A DNA stretch of 64,000 nt from Dehalococcoidia bacterium (GTDB taxonomy: Bacteria > Chloroflexota > Dehalococcoidia > Bin125): the NCBI GenBank assembly GCA_965208665.1, contig CBDBPH010000001.1, positions 16,408 to 80,407 of the forward strand. Reading direction: 5' to 3'. The notes under the pieces were generated by a model that was not told where the DNA came from, made no database searches, and saw nothing but the letters and a program-made list of their open reading frames with translations. This document shows positions 27,729 to 37,871 of this stretch, piece after piece. The translations under genes were made by a program, and so were the position numbers. The first letter of the stretch is position 1, and each line of letters starts with the position of its first letter.

Positions 27729-28934
27729 TTAGCTTGCCGCCGCCGCGTGGTCTGTCCGACGATGGATGACATGAACGCCTTCCATTGCGGGAATGATCCG
27801 CTCGATCGCATCGCGCAGTTCGTCGAGATTGACCTTCTCTTGCGCCGAAACGGCAATGGGTCGTCCGCCGAGCTGTTCGCCGATCGCTGCCAACACGTCT
27901 GCCAGAGGCTCGTCGAGCACGTCGATCTTGTTGACCACGGTCAAGGTCGGCCGTTGGTCGACACCCAGCTCTCTCAGCGTTCGTCCGACGCTCTCAACCT
28001 GGTCCAACACATCCGGAGCCGTGCCGTCGACAACATGAACCAGCAGGTCCGCCTCTTCCAGCTCCTCCAGCGTCGCGCGGAAGGCGGCGACGAGCTGCGT
28101 CGGCAGCTTCTGGATGAAGCCGACCGTATCGGACAGCAATACGGTGTGCTGCTCCGAGAGCCGGCAACGCCGGGTCGTGGGGTCCAGCGTCTCGAAGAGT
28201 CGGTCGCGGGCACGCACGTTGGCGTTCGTCAGCGCGTTCATCAGCGTCGATTTGCCCGCGTTCGTGTACCCGACCAGCGCAACCAGTGGAATACCGGTGC
28301 GATCCCGCTTGTTCCGGTGCTGTTGACGATGCGTGCGGACACGCTCCAGGTCTTTCTTCAACCGCTTGATCTGGTTGCGAATCAGTCGACGGTCGGTCTC
28401 AAGCTGCGTCTCACCTGGCCCGCGCGAGCCGATTGCGCCCTCCATCCGCTCAAGGTGTTCCCATTGGCCGGTCAGCCTGGGCAGCAGGTACTCGTGCTGC
28501 GCCAGCGCCACCTGGACTACGCCTTCACGGGTTCGCGCACGCTGGGCGAAGATATCCAGAATCAGCGCCGTCCGGTCAATCACCTTGATCCCGAGTCGCT
28601 GTTCAAGCGTGCGTTGCTGAGCGGGAGTCAGTTCGTCGTCGAAAATGGCCACTGTCGCGCGAAGCTCGTCGCGCATCTCGACAATCTGCTCCAGCTTGCC
28701 CTTACCCACGTATGAGTTCGGATCGGGATGACGGAGCCGTTGCTTGACCCGAGCCAGCGGCATCGCCCCGGCCGTCACGGCAAGCTGCGAGAGCTCTTCC
28801 AGCGAAGCGTCGATGTTCCAATGATCGGAGCGGCGGGAATCAACGCCAACCAAAATGGCGCGCTCGCGGGGAGGATGAGTGGGATGTTGTCGGCGGCGTC
28901 CGCCGCGAGGTCGTTTGTTGCGAATGCGAGAAAT
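27729..28934 (-). CDS. hflx: Ribosome-splitting GTPase HflX; probable ATT start
   Basis: GKGKL, DRTALILDIFAQRA, GPGETQLE, GYTNAGKST, DTVGFI, NKID; the conserved ERAILVG motif lies upstream of the track's TTG start at 28853. Confidence 0.92.
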   Translation of the reverse strand: MSRIRNKRPRGGRRRQHPTHPPRERAILVGVDSRRSDHWNIDASLEELSQLAVTAGAMPLARVKQRLRHPDPNSYVGKGKLEQIVEMRDELRATVAIFDDELTPAQQRTLEQRLGIKVIDRTALILDIFAQRARTREGVVQVALAQHEYLLPRLTGQWEHLERMEGAIGSRGPGETQLETDRRLIRNQIKRLKKDLERVRTHRQQHRNKRDRTGIPLVALVGYTNAGKSTLMNALTNANVRARDRLFETLDPTTRRCRLSEQHTVLLSDTVGFIQKLPTQLVAAFRATLEELEEADLLVHVVDGTAPDVLDQVESVGRTLRELGVDQRPTLTVVNKIDVLDEPLADVLAAIGEQLGGRPIAVSAQEKVNLDELRDAIERIIPAMEGVHVIHRRTDHAAAAS

Positions 28935-29059
28935 GACGGTCTCCGTCGCTACGTCAAACGGTTCACACCGTCGGACGAGGTGCAGTCTACTGAGAGCAAA
29001 TGACGGAGCTTACAGGCGCATGTCGACAAAGACCTCCTCTTGAGCTGATTAGCCCAAGC

Positions 29060-30229
29060 TTACTGCGAAGTGAATGCGGCGATCCGTTCGACGCCCTCGT
29101 CAACCTCTTCGTCCGGCAACGTCAGACTCAGACGGATGTAACCCTCGCCCGCCGGCCCGTACCCGTTACCGGGAGTCACCACCACGCCCTGTTCCTCAAT
29201 CAACCGAGCAGCAAAGTCCGCCGACGTATCCCCCTCGGGGATCTTGGCCCAGATGTATAGCGACGCCTTCGGATTCGTTACCTCGAGCCCGATCGAGCGC
29301 AGCGCGGTGACGACCTTGTCCCGGCGCTTCTGAATGATCGCGTTGTTCGCCTCGATCACCGACTGGTCGCCGTCCAGTGCCGCGATCGCCATCTGCTGGA
29401 TCGCCTGCGGAATGCCCGAGTCGATGTTCGACTTGACCCGCAGCAACGGATCGACGAGTTCGGCATTGCCGCAGGCCCAGCCCAGACGCCAGCCCGTCAT
29501 GTTGAACGTCTTCGAGAGCGAGAAGTACTCCATCCCCGCGGCCTTGCCCGACGGCGCCTGCAGATACGCGGGTGCCTCGTAGGCGTCGAACGTGACATCG
29601 CAGTACGCGTTGTCGTGCAACACCGCGATCCCGTTCTCGAGGCCAAACTGCGCAGCCCGCTCGAAGAAATCGATGTCGGCCAGCGCACCGGTCGGATTGT
29701 TCGGATAGTTGAGCCAGAGAACGCGAGCCCGCTCGCGCACTTCGGCAGGAACCGCATCGAGGTCCGGCAGAAACCCGTTGTCCTCGGTCAGTGCCATGTA
29801 GTGAGAGCTGCCGCCGGCGAACATCGTCCCAATCGCGTAGACCGGATAGGCCGGATCGGGCACGAGCGCCACATCGCCAGGATCGATGAAACACAACGCA
29901 GAGTTGGCAATCCCCTCCTTCGCCCCGATCAACGGAACGATCTCCGTCGCCGGATCGAGCGAGACCTCGAAGCGCTGAGCCATCCAGCGAGCGATGCACT
30001 CGCGCAACTCCGGCAGACCCTCGGTCTCCGGATAGCGGTGATTCGCCGCGACGTCGGCATGCTCGTGCAGAGCCTCGACGATATGCGGGTGCGTCGGCAG
30101 ATCTGGATCACCAATGCCGAACGAGATCACGCGGACGCCCTTCTCACGCTGCTCGGCGATCTTGCGCGAGATTTCAACAAAGAGGTACGGGGGAAGATCC
30201 TGGACTCGTTGCGCAGTCCTGATCGCCAT
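29060..30229 (-). CDS. dapL: LL-diaminopimelate aminotransferase (class I PLP)
   Basis: LPPYLF, GIGDPD, NYPNNPTG, DNAY, SLSKTFNMTGWRLG; close to dapF. Confidence 0.82.
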   Translation of the reverse strand: MAIRTAQRVQDLPPYLFVEISRKIAEQREKGVRVISFGIGDPDLPTHPHIVEALHEHADVAANHRYPETEGLPELRECIARWMAQRFEVSLDPATEIVPLIGAKEGIANSALCFIDPGDVALVPDPAYPVYAIGTMFAGGSSHYMALTEDNGFLPDLDAVPAEVRERARVLWLNYPNNPTGALADIDFFERAAQFGLENGIAVLHDNAYCDVTFDAYEAPAYLQAPSGKAAGMEYFSLSKTFNMTGWRLGWACGNAELVDPLLRVKSNIDSGIPQAIQQMAIAALDGDQSVIEANNAIIQKRRDKVVTALRSIGLEVTNPKASLYIWAKIPEGDTSADFAARLIEEQGVVVTPGNGYGPAGEGYIRLSLTLPDEEVDEGVERIAAFTSQ

Positions 30230-31161
30230 TAGAAACGCCCCCAGATCTTGCCGACCTTGACGTAGGTCGTCACCTTGTCGTCGTAGCGCCGTTGCACCTC
30301 GGCCGGGTCGGCAGGGCGCTGATAGGTCAGCTCGTTCGTGACGTGGCGGAAGTTGAACTCCCTCAGCAGCGGCTCACCCGCGCTGTCGCCGGCGACGCGA
30401 AGCGTCATCGCCCGGCGGTTGGCTTCCGCCCCCCGTTGCATCGCCGTCGCGAGCAGAGCCCGCGACACTTCGGTGAAGTCCTGCTCCGGGTCGACAAGCA
30501 GCTCCTCCGCTGCGATCCCGCGTTTCTCCGCCGGAACCGTGCGAATGTAACCAGCCGGCGAGCCCTCCCGCTCGGCGATCCCGACCCACTCGGAGTCCCG
30601 GAAGAACTGCGCAGCCAGCGGCGGAGCATGTGCGCCGTCCCCGGCGGCCTGCTGCTCGATCTGGACGACCGCATCAGCGTCGTCCTCGGAAGCGTCGCGA
30701 ACGCTGATTCCTGTTGCCATCTCCGGCAGTGCCTGGTCGCGTACGTCGCGGCAACGCATCACCGAGACCTCCGACGGCGAAACGAATCCCGCACCGATCA
30801 ACATCGGCTCGACGTAGTGGCGATGGGGGAAGTCGGTGTAGTCGATCACCATCAACTCGGAGTCCGAGTGTTCGGTGGCGAGTTCGCCCATCTCGTTGAG
30901 CAGGTTGGTTAGATGCAGGCGAATGTGATTGATCGTGTCGAACTCGTAGAAGACACGCAGATGCCGCCCGTAGGGAATGCCGATCACGTAACCGTCATCG
31001 CACTGCGTCGAGAGCATCCGCGGTGATCGCACGAGCTCATCGAAGTCGATGTCTGGCTGGTTGCGATACGCCAGTTGCTTCGTCGCCAGCGTTTCGTGCA
31101 GTTCTCGCACAAAGCCCGGGGCGACATCTTGTGCATGCCGCGTGTAGTCAGGTGTGACCAT
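30229..31161 (-). CDS. GNAT-fold protein of unknown function
   Basis: C-terminal half is GNAT-like (VRDASEDD..., AGYI, LLVDPE, LL..A); its stop overlaps the dapL start. Confidence 0.6.
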   Translation of the reverse strand: MVTPDYTRHAQDVAPGFVRELHETLATKQLAYRNQPDIDFDELVRSPRMLSTQCDDGYVIGIPYGRHLRVFYEFDTINHIRLHLTNLLNEMGELATEHSDSELMVIDYTDFPHRHYVEPMLIGAGFVSPSEVSVMRCRDVRDQALPEMATGISVRDASEDDADAVVQIEQQAAGDGAHAPPLAAQFFRDSEWVGIAEREGSPAGYIRTVPAEKRGIAAEELLVDPEQDFTEVSRALLATAMQRGAEANRRAMTLRVAGDSAGEPLLREFNFRHVTNELTYQRPADPAEVQRRYDDKVTTYVKVGKIWGRF

Positions 31162-31207
31162 CAGTTGTCCATTCGCTCATGAATCGGGTCAGCAGAAGCA
31201 AGGATCG

Positions 31208-32101
31208 TCACGTGACGCCCAACAGGTTGACGTCCAGTTGTCCCTCGTAAGAAAAAGACGCAGGTCCGGTCATGTAGACCGAGGCCGACGGATCGTCAAG
31301 ACCGTTCCAGGCGATCTCAAGATCGCCGCCCGGCAACGAGACCGTCGCAGCCGCATCGCAGAGTCCGCGCAGGCGGGCCGCGACCAATACCGCGCAGGCC
31401 CCCGAGCCGCAAGCCAGCGTGATCCCCACGCCTCGCTCCCAGACCCGCATCTTGAGCTGGTCTCGAGCCAGCACGTTGACAATCTCGACGTTCGTCTTCT
31501 TAGGGAAGTCGGGATGCGTCTCAATCAGCGGACCAACCTCGGTCAGCGGGAAGTCGTCGACCTCATCGTCGCTGAACCAGACCGCATGCGGATTGCCCAT
31601 GCTCACGCAGGTCAGGTCGAACGTGCGGCCGTCGACCTCGATCTCGTGATGCAGGATCGGAGCCGGCCCTTCGTGGACCACGGGGATTTCGTCGGCCTGC
31701 AGCCAGGCTCGTCCCATGTCAACGCGAACGCGGTCCACATTCTCGGAGGTCGCGGTCGAGAGATCGGCGTGGAGCACTCCAGCGCCGGTCTCGATCGCGA
31801 GCGCGCCATCGGTCGGCGTCACCCCCGCTCGTTCAACGAGGTACTTCGTAAAGCAGCGAAACCCGTTGCCGCACATCTCACCGTCGGACCCGTCGGCGTT
31901 GACGATCACCATCCGCGCCTCGGCGACATCCGTGTCTTGTGCGATCAGGATTCCGTCCGCGCCGACCCCGAAGTGTCGGTCGCAGATGCGCGGCGCAAGT
32001 CCCGACCAGTCGATCTCGTTCAGGTGGGCGTTCTCGCCCAGCGCATCGATCAACAGGAAATCGTTACCCGCGCCCTGCACTTTGACAAATGGAATGGACA
32101 T
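31208..32101 (-). CDS. dapF: Diaminopimelate epimerase
   Basis: KVQGAGNDF, NADGS..EMCGNG, GNPH, ERGVGITLACGSG. Confidence 0.95.
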   Translation of the reverse strand: MSIPFVKVQGAGNDFLLIDALGENAHLNEIDWSGLAPRICDRHFGVGADGILIAQDTDVAEARMVIVNADGSDGEMCGNGFRCFTKYLVERAGVTPTDGALAIETGAGVLHADLSTATSENVDRVRVDMGRAWLQADEIPVVHEGPAPILHHEIEVDGRTFDLTCVSMGNPHAVWFSDDEVDDFPLTEVGPLIETHPDFPKKTNVEIVNVLARDQLKMRVWERGVGITLACGSGACAVLVAARLRGLCDAAATVSLPGGDLEIAWNGLDDPSASVYMTGPASFSYEGQLDVNLLGVT

Positions 32102-32128
32102 GCAGACACTCCCACGCCTGAATGCATC

Positions 32129-33043
32129 TTACTCAAGCATCGCGAGCGGAACATCAGCCGCCCAACAAATGGCCGGATTGTCGCGCCGAAACCAGGCGCG
32201 CTGGCGTCGAGCGAAACGCCGGGTTGCCTGTGCCACACCGTCGATCGCTTGATCCAGGCTCAAATCGCGCCTCAGATGAGCGAGCACTTCCCGGTAGCCA
32301 ATCGAGTCGAAGCCCGGCGCGTCCTCAGGGACGCCTTCAGCGAGCAGATCGCGCACTTCGTTCACGAACCCGGCATCGAACATGGCGATCGTTCGTCCCA
32401 TGATTCGTTCGTCGAGTTCGTCCAGCGTGACATCTGGAGCGACCGTGAGAGCATCCACCGGCTCGCGCAAACGCTGCCACTCGGAGATTGGCTTGCCGGT
32501 GAAGTGATGGACCTCGAGAGCCCTGATGATTCGGCGGGCGTTGGTCGGGCCGATCTGTTTCGCGGCCGCAGGGTCGATTGCACGCAGCCGCTCGAACAGT
32601 TCGTCGACCGGCTTACGGGACAGGGCCTCGCGGAACTCTGAGTCCTCGGCCACCGGCGGTACCTGCCAGCCGTCGAGCAGGGCCCGCATATGTTGTCCGC
32701 TGCCACCGACCGCGATCGGTCGCTTGCCCCTGCCTCGGATATCGACGATGGCTGCACGGGCCGCTTGTAGATACTCGCCCAGCGAATACCGTGCTGTCGG
32801 CTCGACGAAATCGATGCACCAGTGCGGGACCTCGTTGCGCGAATCCCGAGACGGCTTGGCCGTCCCGATATCAAGGCGCCGATAGATCTGCCGCGAGTCG
32901 ATCGAGACGATCTCTCCGTCGAGATGCCGCGCAATCTGCACTGCCCAATCAGACTTGCCTGAGGCAGTCAGCCCGACCACCGCAATCAACGGTGGGGCGT
33001 CAGGCGCTGTCTGCGATGGCTTGGGTGATGGCGAGGAAGGCAT
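32129..33043 (-). CDS. miaA: tRNA dimethylallyltransferase (start uncertain)
   Basis: GLTASGKS, SIDSRQIY..LDIGTAKP, RIIRALE, IGYRE, RRQRAWF. Confidence 0.93.
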   Translation of the reverse strand: MPSSPSPKPSQTAPDAPPLIAVVGLTASGKSDWAVQIARHLDGEIVSIDSRQIYRRLDIGTAKPSRDSRNEVPHWCIDFVEPTARYSLGEYLQAARAAIVDIRGRGKRPIAVGGSGQHMRALLDGWQVPPVAEDSEFREALSRKPVDELFERLRAIDPAAAKQIGPTNARRIIRALEVHHFTGKPISEWQRLREPVDALTVAPDVTLDELDERIMGRTIAMFDAGFVNEVRDLLAEGVPEDAPGFDSIGYREVLAHLRRDLSLDQAIDGVAQATRRFARRQRAWFRRDNPAICWAADVPLAMLE

Positions 33044-33755
33044 CGGCGTTCAGAGCGGCGCCGCCCACGAGCGCGCCGTCCACGTCGGGCTGGGCCATGA
33101 AATCTGCAATGTTGCCCGGATTGACCGAGCCGCCGTAGAGGATTCGCAGTCCGTCTGCCGCGTCCGAGCCGGCTCTTTCCGCGACGACGGAGCGGATATG
33201 GCCACAGGCCGACTCTGCTTCGTCGGGAGTCGCTGCCTTACCGGTGCCGATCGCCCAGACCGGCTCGTAAGCGATCACGAGGCCGGCAGGCGCGGGCTCG
33301 TCTCCGAGCGCAAGCGAGACCTGGCGGGTCAGCACGGCTTTCGTTCGATTGTTCTCCTGCTCGGCTTCAGACTCCCCGACACAGAGGACCGGGGTCAGTC
33401 CGTGCGCCTCCGCGGCCCGCAGCTTGAGCGCGAGAGCCTGATCGTCCTCACAGAAGAACTGGCGACGCTCCGAGTGTCCCAGGATGACCCAGTCGGCGAC
33501 CTCGGCGAGCTGCGCCGGCGAAACCTCGCCGGTGAATGCACCGGATGGCTGCGTGTGCATGTTCTGGCCGGCGATGTGTACTTCGGTCCCGCACCAGAAG
33601 TCCCAGACCAGCGGGAGTTGCGTAAAGCTTGGCGCAAGCACGACGTCGACACCCTCGATCGCGTCGATTCCCGCCAGACCGCGGCAAAGCGCTCGCGCCT
33701 CCGCGTTGGTGCCGTTCATCTTCCAGTTGCCGGCAGCGATCGGAATCCGGGCCAT
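33000..33755 (-). CDS. tpiA: Triosephosphate isomerase
   Basis: NWKM, GAFTGE, GHSERR, AYEPVWAIGTG, YGGSV. Confidence 0.96.
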   Translation of the reverse strand: MARIPIAAGNWKMNGTNAEARALCRGLAGIDAIEGVDVVLAPSFTQLPLVWDFWCGTEVHIAGQNMHTQPSGAFTGEVSPAQLAEVADWVILGHSERRQFFCEDDQALALKLRAAEAHGLTPVLCVGESEAEQENNRTKAVLTRQVSLALGDEPAPAGLVIAYEPVWAIGTGKAATPDEAESACGHIRSVVAERAGSDAADGLRILYGGSVNPGNIADFMAQPDVDGALVGGAALNADAFLAITQAIADSA

Positions 33756-34966
33756 CAGTCATCACCCCGTTCGTCCTCGGCATCGGGTAGCACTGCGATA
33801 CCGGGCAGCTCAAGTCCCTGCAGATACTCCAGCGCCGCGCCTCCTCCGGTGGAGACGTGAGACATCTTCGCTGTCATCCGGTACTGCGCCACCGCGGCCG
33901 CGGTTTCGCCGCCGCAGATCACCGTGTTGGCGTCCTCCAGCTTGGACAACGCTTCGGCCATCGCCCGCGTGCCACCCGAGAACGCTTCTCGTTCGAACAA
34001 CCCCAGCGGTCCGTTCCAGACAATCGTGTCGCACTCCTTGACCGCCTCAGTGAAGGCCTCGACCGTCGCCGGTCCGACATCGAGAATCTGCCACTCTTCG
34101 GGCAGGTCTTCTTCGCCAAACACCAGCGGTTTCGCGCGTGGCGGCTCGTCCGCGCCGTGGGCGATGACGCAGTCGCTGGGGATCAGCAGGTTGCAGTTCT
34201 CGTCCTGGGCAATAGCGGTGATCTCGTTGGCCGCCTCAACCATCTCCTGCTCCAGCAGCGACGCGCCCGTCGGTAGACCGCGCGCGAGCAGGAAGGTATT
34301 GGCCATGGCGCCGCCGATTGCAATCACGTCTGAGATCGCCGAAAGCCGTTGTAGCAACGCCAGCTTGTCCGAGACCTTCGCGCCGCCGCAGATGAATCCC
34401 AGTTTGCCGGCCTCACCATTGCGAATCGGCTCAAGTGCCGCCAGTTCGCGGTCGAGCAGCAGTCCGCCGGCCGCAGGCAACATCGTGGCGACCGCGTGCG
34501 TGGAGGCGTGCGCGCGGTGCGCCGCGCCGAATGCGTCGTTCACGTAGATCTCCGCAAGGTCGGCGAGTTGCGCCGCGAAGTCGTCGTCGTTCTCCTCTTC
34601 TTCCTCGTGGAAGCGGAGGTTCTGCAACACCATCACTTCGCCGGACTTGAGCTCGTGGGCCATCTGAGTCGTGACATCGCCAATGCAGTCGGGAGCCATA
34701 CGCACGTTCATCCGCAGCGCGCGAGCCAGGCGGATTGCAGCCGGCGTCAGGTCGAATGCTGCATCTCGATCACCCTTCGGCCGTCCGAGGTGTGAACAGA
34801 CAATCACCGACGCCCCCCGTTCGAGGAGGAATCTGACCGTCGGAACAGAGGCACGGACGCGCGTGTCATCCAGCACCCGGCCGCCATCCATCGGCACATT
34901 GAGATCGAGACGGAGGAGGACACGCTTGCCCGCCAGATCGAGATCGCGGATCGACATCTTGCTCAT
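33755..34966 (-). CDS. pgk: Phosphoglycerate kinase
   Basis: RLDLNVP, SHLGRP, NDAFGAAHR, GGAKVSDK, STGGGA. Confidence 0.96.
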   Translation of the reverse strand: MSKMSIRDLDLAGKRVLLRLDLNVPMDGGRVLDDTRVRASVPTVRFLLERGASVIVCSHLGRPKGDRDAAFDLTPAAIRLARALRMNVRMAPDCIGDVTTQMAHELKSGEVMVLQNLRFHEEEEENDDDFAAQLADLAEIYVNDAFGAAHRAHASTHAVATMLPAAGGLLLDRELAALEPIRNGEAGKLGFICGGAKVSDKLALLQRLSAISDVIAIGGAMANTFLLARGLPTGASLLEQEMVEAANEITAIAQDENCNLLIPSDCVIAHGADEPPRAKPLVFGEEDLPEEWQILDVGPATVEAFTEAVKECDTIVWNGPLGLFEREAFSGGTRAMAEALSKLEDANTVICGGETAAAVAQYRMTAKMSHVSTGGGAALEYLQGLELPGIAVLPDAEDERGDD

Positions 34967-35059
34967 CGAGACTCAACCTCTGGGATGACCCGCGCTCCAG
35001 TTGGCTCTGTCCTGCCGATCACTCGCCCCTTACCTGGCGTGTGCGGCGCGTCACGTTGC

Positions 35060-35563
35060 TCAGGCCATGGGCGAAAGTTCCGCCTCAACCTGTCGCTCGT
35101 TCTCTTCGTCTCGAGTCTCGGAGTGCTTCGACTCCACCGCTGCCAGCTTGGCCAGGCGTCGCACGTGGCGACCACCCTCAAACTCCGACTCGATGAAGGC
35201 GTCCACGATCTCGCCCGCCAGCGCGTGACCAATCACATACGAACCAAGTGCGAGGACATTGCAGTCGGTGTGCTGTCGCGCCCGGCGTGCGGACCACGTA
35301 TCGCTGCAGAGGGCGGCACGGGCCCCGCGCACCTTGTTGGCCGCAATGCTGACGCCGACGCCGTTGGAACACACCACAATGCCGAGCTGATGCTGGCCGT
35401 CGACAACCGCCTCCGCCAGTGGCGCAGCGACATCGGCATAGTCCGTCGGGTCGTTGGACCCGGGACCGAAATCACGAACTTGATGACCCTGTCCAGTCAG
35501 TCGCTCGCGGAGTCGTTCCTTCAGCTCATAGCCGGCATGGTCGCTGCCAATCGCGATACGCAC
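35060..35563 (-). CDS. rpiB: Ribose-5-phosphate isomerase B
   Basis: IAIGSDHAG, DY, CSNGVG...ANK, FEGGRH. Confidence 0.93.
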   Translation of the reverse strand: MRIAIGSDHAGYELKERLRERLTGQGHQVRDFGPGSNDPTDYADVAAPLAEAVVDGQHQLGIVVCSNGVGVSIAANKVRGARAALCSDTWSARRARQHTDCNVLALGSYVIGHALAGEIVDAFIESEFEGGRHVRRLAKLAAVESKHSETRDEENERQVEAELSPMA

Positions 35564-35600
35564 CTGTCGCTGCCCCTATCCAGGCATTCAAGCCGTGTAC

Positions 35601-36269
35601 TCAGGAAACCGAGTCCAATTCGGAAAGTCCCCAGTGCCGCATCAGCAGCTCTCCGACGGTTGCACTGAGCATCGGTCCCCGGCGCAGAACGCGCGGCATT
35701 CGGCCCGTGCAGTCCAAGATAGTAGAGGCGGTACCAGCGGGCATCACCCCACCTTCATTCAGTATGTGAAGTGATTCACTATATCTGGACGCTCCTTGCA
35801 TCGATCCGAACTGTCTACCGACGTCGTCGGCCGTGAGCGACGCCGGTTCGCCATGGATGTTCGCCGACGTACCGGTCAGCGGAGCGTCCACCAGGTCGAG
35901 CACCTCCGCCGCTACGGGATGATCGGGGATGCGCAGGGCGATGGTCGCGCCGTCAACCGCGCTCGTGGGCCAATCGGTTCGCTTGTTCACAATCAGTGTC
36001 ACCGCTCCCGGCCAGGCCGACTCCGCCAGCGAGAGCAGACGGCTGTCAAGCGGTTCCGCCAGCTCCTCCAGATGCTCGCGCCAGCGCGCCGGCGGCAGAA
36101 ACACAGGCAGGTTTTCGCCCCCCGGCCGGCGCTTGAGCCAGAACACGGTAGCTACCGCCCGATCGTCGTTCGCGACCCCGCTCAGGGCGTATTGCGTATC
36201 GGTCGGTAGAGCGACCACACCGCCTCGCCGCAATTGATCAACGGCCTGATCAAGTTCACCGTAAGACAC
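35601..36269 (-). CDS. tsaC: L-threonylcarbamoyladenylate synthase (TsaC/Sua5/YrdC)
   Basis: GGVVALPTDT.Y, LKRR, WPGAVT, RIP, TSAN, STILD; start taken at GTG 36269 because the longer ORF would overlap guaA. Confidence 0.85.
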   Translation of the reverse strand: MSYGELDQAVDQLRRGGVVALPTDTQYALSGVANDDRAVATVFWLKRRPGGENLPVFLPPARWREHLEELAEPLDSRLLSLAESAWPGAVTLIVNKRTDWPTSAVDGATIALRIPDHPVAAEVLDLVDAPLTGTSANIHGEPASLTADDVGRQFGSMQGASRYSESLHILNEGGVMPAGTASTILDCTGRMPRVLRRGPMLSATVGELLMRHWGLSELDSVS

Positions 36270-36302
36270 GATCCCAGCATACTCCGCGCATATCATTATG
36301 AC

Positions 36303-37871
36303 GTGAAGTCTGTTGAATCCCAGCACGAATCGATCGTCATCGTCGACCTCGGCTCCCAGACCGCGATGCTGATCGCACGTCGCGTCCGCGAGCTCAACGT
36401 CTACTGCGAGCTCGTGCCCCCGAACGCGTCCTGGGATCGCGTCAAAGAACTGAACCCCCGTGGCGTCATCCTCAGCGGCGGACCCGCAAGCGTCCACGAC
36501 GACGGTGCACCCGTCGCACCCGGCTGGGCCCTCGACGGTCGAATGCCGGTGCTCGGCATCTGTTACGGCATGCAGACCATGGCCAACCAGCTCGGCGGCC
36601 ACGTCGAGAGCGGTCGCGAGCGCGAGTTCGGGGCCGCCCACATCTACCCGCGAGACGAGTCACCGTTGCTCGACGACTTGCCCCGCCCAATGCCGGTCTG
36701 GATGTCGCACGGCGACCGAGTCGGCCAGATGCCGGACGGGTTTCGCACCCTCGCCGGAACCGACAGCATCCCGATCGCGGCCATGGGCGACGACCAACAT
36801 CGCTTCGGCATCCAGTTCCATCCCGAGGTTGTCCACACTCCCCACGGACTCCACCTGCTCAGCAACTTCGTCTACGAGATCTGCCGTTGCTCGGGCGACT
36901 GGGACGCCGCCCATTTCATCACCGAGACGGTCGAAGAAATCCGCCAGCAAGTTGGAGACAACCACGTCATCTGCGGCCTCTCCGGCGGCGTCGATTCCTC
37001 CGTTGCTGCCGCACTCGTACATCGAGCCGTCGGCAACCACCTCACCTGCATCTACGTCGACAACGGACTCATGCGCCTCGGCGAGACCGAACAGGTCGTC
37101 GACGCCTTCGAGCGCAACATGCACATGAACCTGCGCATCGCCCGCTCCGGCGACCGCTTCCTCGAGGAACTGGCCGCCGTCGACGATCCCGAAACCAAAC
37201 GCAAGCGAATCGGCGAGACCTTCATCTCCGTCTTCGAAGAGACCGCAATCGATATCGCCAGGGACGATCACGGCGTCGACTTCCTCGTCCAGGGCACCAC
37301 CTACCCCGACGTCGTCGAGAGCGCCGGCTCCGGCCACGGCTCGGCCACGGCCATGATCAAGTCGCACCACAACGTCGGCGGCCTACCCGACGACCTCCGC
37401 TTCGAGCTGATCGAACCCCTCCGCCACTTGTTCAAGGATGAGGTCCGCGAAGTCGGCCGGGAACTCGGTCTGCCCGACGAGATCGTCGGACGCCAGCCCT
37501 ATCCGGGCCCCGGCCTCGCCATCCGCATCATCGGCCCCGTCACGCACGAGAAGGTCCGCGTCCTCCAACTCGCCGACGCCGTCGTCATGGACGAAATCCG
37601 CGACGCGGGCCTCTATGACCAACTCTGGCAATCCTTCGCCATCCTCACCGACACCCGCACCGTCGGAGTCCAGGGAGACGCCCGCACCTACGGCTGGGTC
37701 TGCGCCATCCGGGCCGTCACCGCCGACGACGCCATGACCGCCGACTGGGCTCGCCTGCCCTACGACGTCCTCGGAACCATCGCCAACCGAATCGTCAACG
37801 AGATCCCCGAGATCAATCGAGTCGTCTACGACATCACCTCGAAACCCCCCGGCACAATCGAGTGGGAGTGA
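36303..37871 (+). CDS. guaA: GMP synthase
   Basis: LSGGP, GICYGMQ, QFHPE, SGGVDS, KSHHNVG, KPPGTIEWE. Confidence 0.97.
   Translation: MKSVESQHESIVIVDLGSQTAMLIARRVRELNVYCELVPPNASWDRVKELNPRGVILSGGPASVHDDGAPVAPGWALDGRMPVLGICYGMQTMANQLGGHVESGREREFGAAHIYPRDESPLLDDLPRPMPVWMSHGDRVGQMPDGFRTLAGTDSIPIAAMGDDQHRFGIQFHPEVVHTPHGLHLLSNFVYEICRCSGDWDAAHFITETVEEIRQQVGDNHVICGLSGGVDSSVAAALVHRAVGNHLTCIYVDNGLMRLGETEQVVDAFERNMHMNLRIARSGDRFLEELAAVDDPETKRKRIGETFISVFEETAIDIARDDHGVDFLVQGTTYPDVVESAGSGHGSATAMIKSHHNVGGLPDDLRFELIEPLRHLFKDEVREVGRELGLPDEIVGRQPYPGPGLAIRIIGPVTHEKVRVLQLADAVVMDEIRDAGLYDQLWQSFAILTDTRTVGVQGDARTYGWVCAIRAVTADDAMTADWARLPYDVLGTIANRIVNEIPEINRVVYDITSKPPGTIEWE

Noticed and set aside
36270-36641. Long N-terminal extension of tsaC in the ORF track
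   Set aside because: It is antisense to the well-supported guaA 5' end.
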